A stretch of 64,000 nt of DNA, from assembly GCA_051294375.1 (NCBI GenBank), contig CM119263.1:26504258-26568257 (forward strand), read 5' to 3'. Shown here in pieces: positions 62,330 to 64,000 of this stretch. The notes below the pieces were generated by a model, which had not been told where the DNA came from, did no database searches, and worked only from the letters and a program-made list of their open reading frames with translations. A program made the translations under genes and the position numbers. This stretch comes from Paraspadella gotoi. Its lineage: Eukaryota; Animalia; Chaetognatha. Each line of letters starts with the position of its first letter. Position 1 is the first letter of the stretch.

Positions 62330-63588
62330 TCATTCTTCGGCTTCTCCTACAATCTTGCACGACGGCGTCTCCAAACATCCCGGCCGACGCCTCATCCAGA
62401 AACAGCGGGGTCTCGATGACTCCACCTCCATCAAATAAGCGACCCCGTCTTTCTCCAGCCTCACTCGCAACGGCTCGTCCGCTTCCTTCGCACGCCCGCG
62501 ACTCCTTCCGCCATTGTCGACAACTACATCAACCCTGGCGTAAAGCAAATCTCCCTCCACCAGATCCAACACCCCCGAAGCCGCCTCCACCATCCGCTGG
62601 TCCGGAACGCACCTGCGGAACGCTGGCCGCCCTCGACGCGTCCGCGGCCCGTGGCGGGGCGAGGTGGCCACGGCGTGAACTGAAGCGACGAGAGAGGAAG
62701 ACCAGTTGATCTCCAACTCGGTGTCGATGGCATCGAGGTATTCTTGGATCATAACCCCTGAGCCGGAACCGATTTGGGAGCGGAGCGGCGTTCGTTGGCG
62801 TGACATTTTGGAACTTGGAAGCACATTGGGATACGGGTCTTGGGAGGAGGAAGTGGAGGAAAAGTAGAGGAATAATTTAAATTTAAAGATATCCAGTAAT
62901 AGATAAAAAAGAAATTTAGGATTAAAAATATTAATTTAATGATTAATTAAAAAAAAAAATAAAACCTAACAATTAACAAAAATATTTTTTAAAAATTAAT
63001 TAAATAATTAATTAAATATTTAATTCGAAACTGTGTCTACTTCATATGACAATTAAAAAACAAAAAAATAAATGAAACTCACCACAACCAATGCATAGGC
63101 TTAACGACCCGTCCGGAATCCCCTCTTCTCCAACTCTCCGTTCAAGTCGACCTCTTCGATGTCTTCGACTCCTCCAACCACCAAGTCTTGCGTCAGCTCA
63201 ACTCCTCGGGCAAACCTTCTCTCCTCGCCAAATATGTCTTCTCCATATTTTTCCGGACGACGTTGACGGAATTGAGCACGGTGACCCCCAACTTCTCCAG
63301 CCGGTCGAGCCAGCTTCGGAAGCGGGTCACGTGATGGATGTAGTTGTAGCATCCGCGGAGGGAGACGTAGTGGAAGCGACTCCAGTCGACGGACTCGTCC
63401 TCCCATGGAACCTCGACCACGAGGGAGTTTGGGACGCGAGATTTCGATGCTGGGGATCAGGAGGGCGTCACCTTTGACGAGGAAAGGGTAGAACGATGTT
63501 GCTTATTATAACTTTGTCGATATCTGTGTTATTTGTTTATAATTTAATACCTTTAATGGTTTTGTTGGATCGTCTCAATTGCCGTCAT
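62330..63588 (-). pseudogene. Second, more frameshifted copy of the ATP-grasp gene (pseudogene or error-rich duplicate)
   Basis: Near-identical to 59911-61168; has TTG where copy 1 has TAG but several other indels. Confidence 0.65.
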
Positions 63589-63629
63589 TTGACTTCGAGT
63601 TTCTCTCATCCGTCTTGTCTCTTTCTGTT

Positions 63630-64000
63630 GTCTCATTTTCCTCATTCCTCTCATTCCCCTCATTCCCTCTTTCCCCTCATTTCCTTCATTTTCCTCATTC
63701 CTCTCATTTCCCTCATTCCCCTCATTTTGCTCATTCCTCGCATTTTCCCTCATTTCCTCATTCCTTGCATTTCCATCATTTCTCTTCATTCCCGTAATTT
63801 TCTCATTCCCTTCATTTTCCTCATTTCCCTCATTCCCCTCATTTTCCTCATTCTTCATTTCCCCTCATTCCCCTCATTCCTCCAATTTCTCATTCCCTCA
63901 TTTCCTCATTTCTCTCATTCCCCTCATTTCCTCATTCCCCTCATTTTCCTCATTCCTCATTTTTCTCATTCCTTGCATTTTCCTTCATTCCCCTCATTCC
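63630..64000 (+). repeat. 9-bp minisatellite (ttcctcatt/cccctcatt); shorter array at ~61210-61300
   Basis: Tandem units seen directly, located at the duplication junction. Confidence 0.85.

Larger units (their letters stand above)
58880..63720. repeat. ~2.42-kb tandem duplication (58880-61301 / 61302-~63720) containing one LAR exon and the ATP-grasp gene
   Basis: Both units start atatttctttttttttcagggagacgg and are colinear, differing mostly by single-base indels. Confidence 0.9.

Overview
Eukaryotic DNA from a bilaterian invertebrate, in a rough assembly: many N gaps, indel-rich stretches, and dense (AG)n, (GAC)n and (GAAA)n microsatellites that produce most of the listed ORFs. Hand-splicing recovers six multi-exon genes. 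(1) A low-complexity gene with a ZAD-like Cys4 domain (-, ~19.4-23.5 kb). (2) A divergent VDAC/porin with an extra C-terminal exon (-, 31.9-35.2 kb). (3) A head-to-head partner weakly resembling the DNAI3/WDR63 N-terminus (+, 36.1-40.9 kb). (4) A secreted ACE-family (M2) metallopeptidase fused behind two chitin-binding CBM14 domains and a Thr/Pro stalk (-, 42.2-45.6 kb). (5) The Ig/FN3 part of a LAR-type receptor phosphatase (+, from 50.7 kb) with a candidate 12-nt meB microexon. (6) An intron-containing, bacterial-type (DcsG-like) ATP-grasp gene lying antisense in a LAR intron, present twice in a 2.4-kb tandem duplication. Non-coding features include three copies of a DINE-1/Helentron-like element, a Penelope-type minimal hammerhead motif in a VDAC intron, RFX X-boxes, and several junctions that may use non-GT donors (GC, GA, GG) after an exonic AG. 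A ~7.9-kb palindrome is probably a fold-back read artefact. All homology calls come from motif recognition by eye, not database searches.
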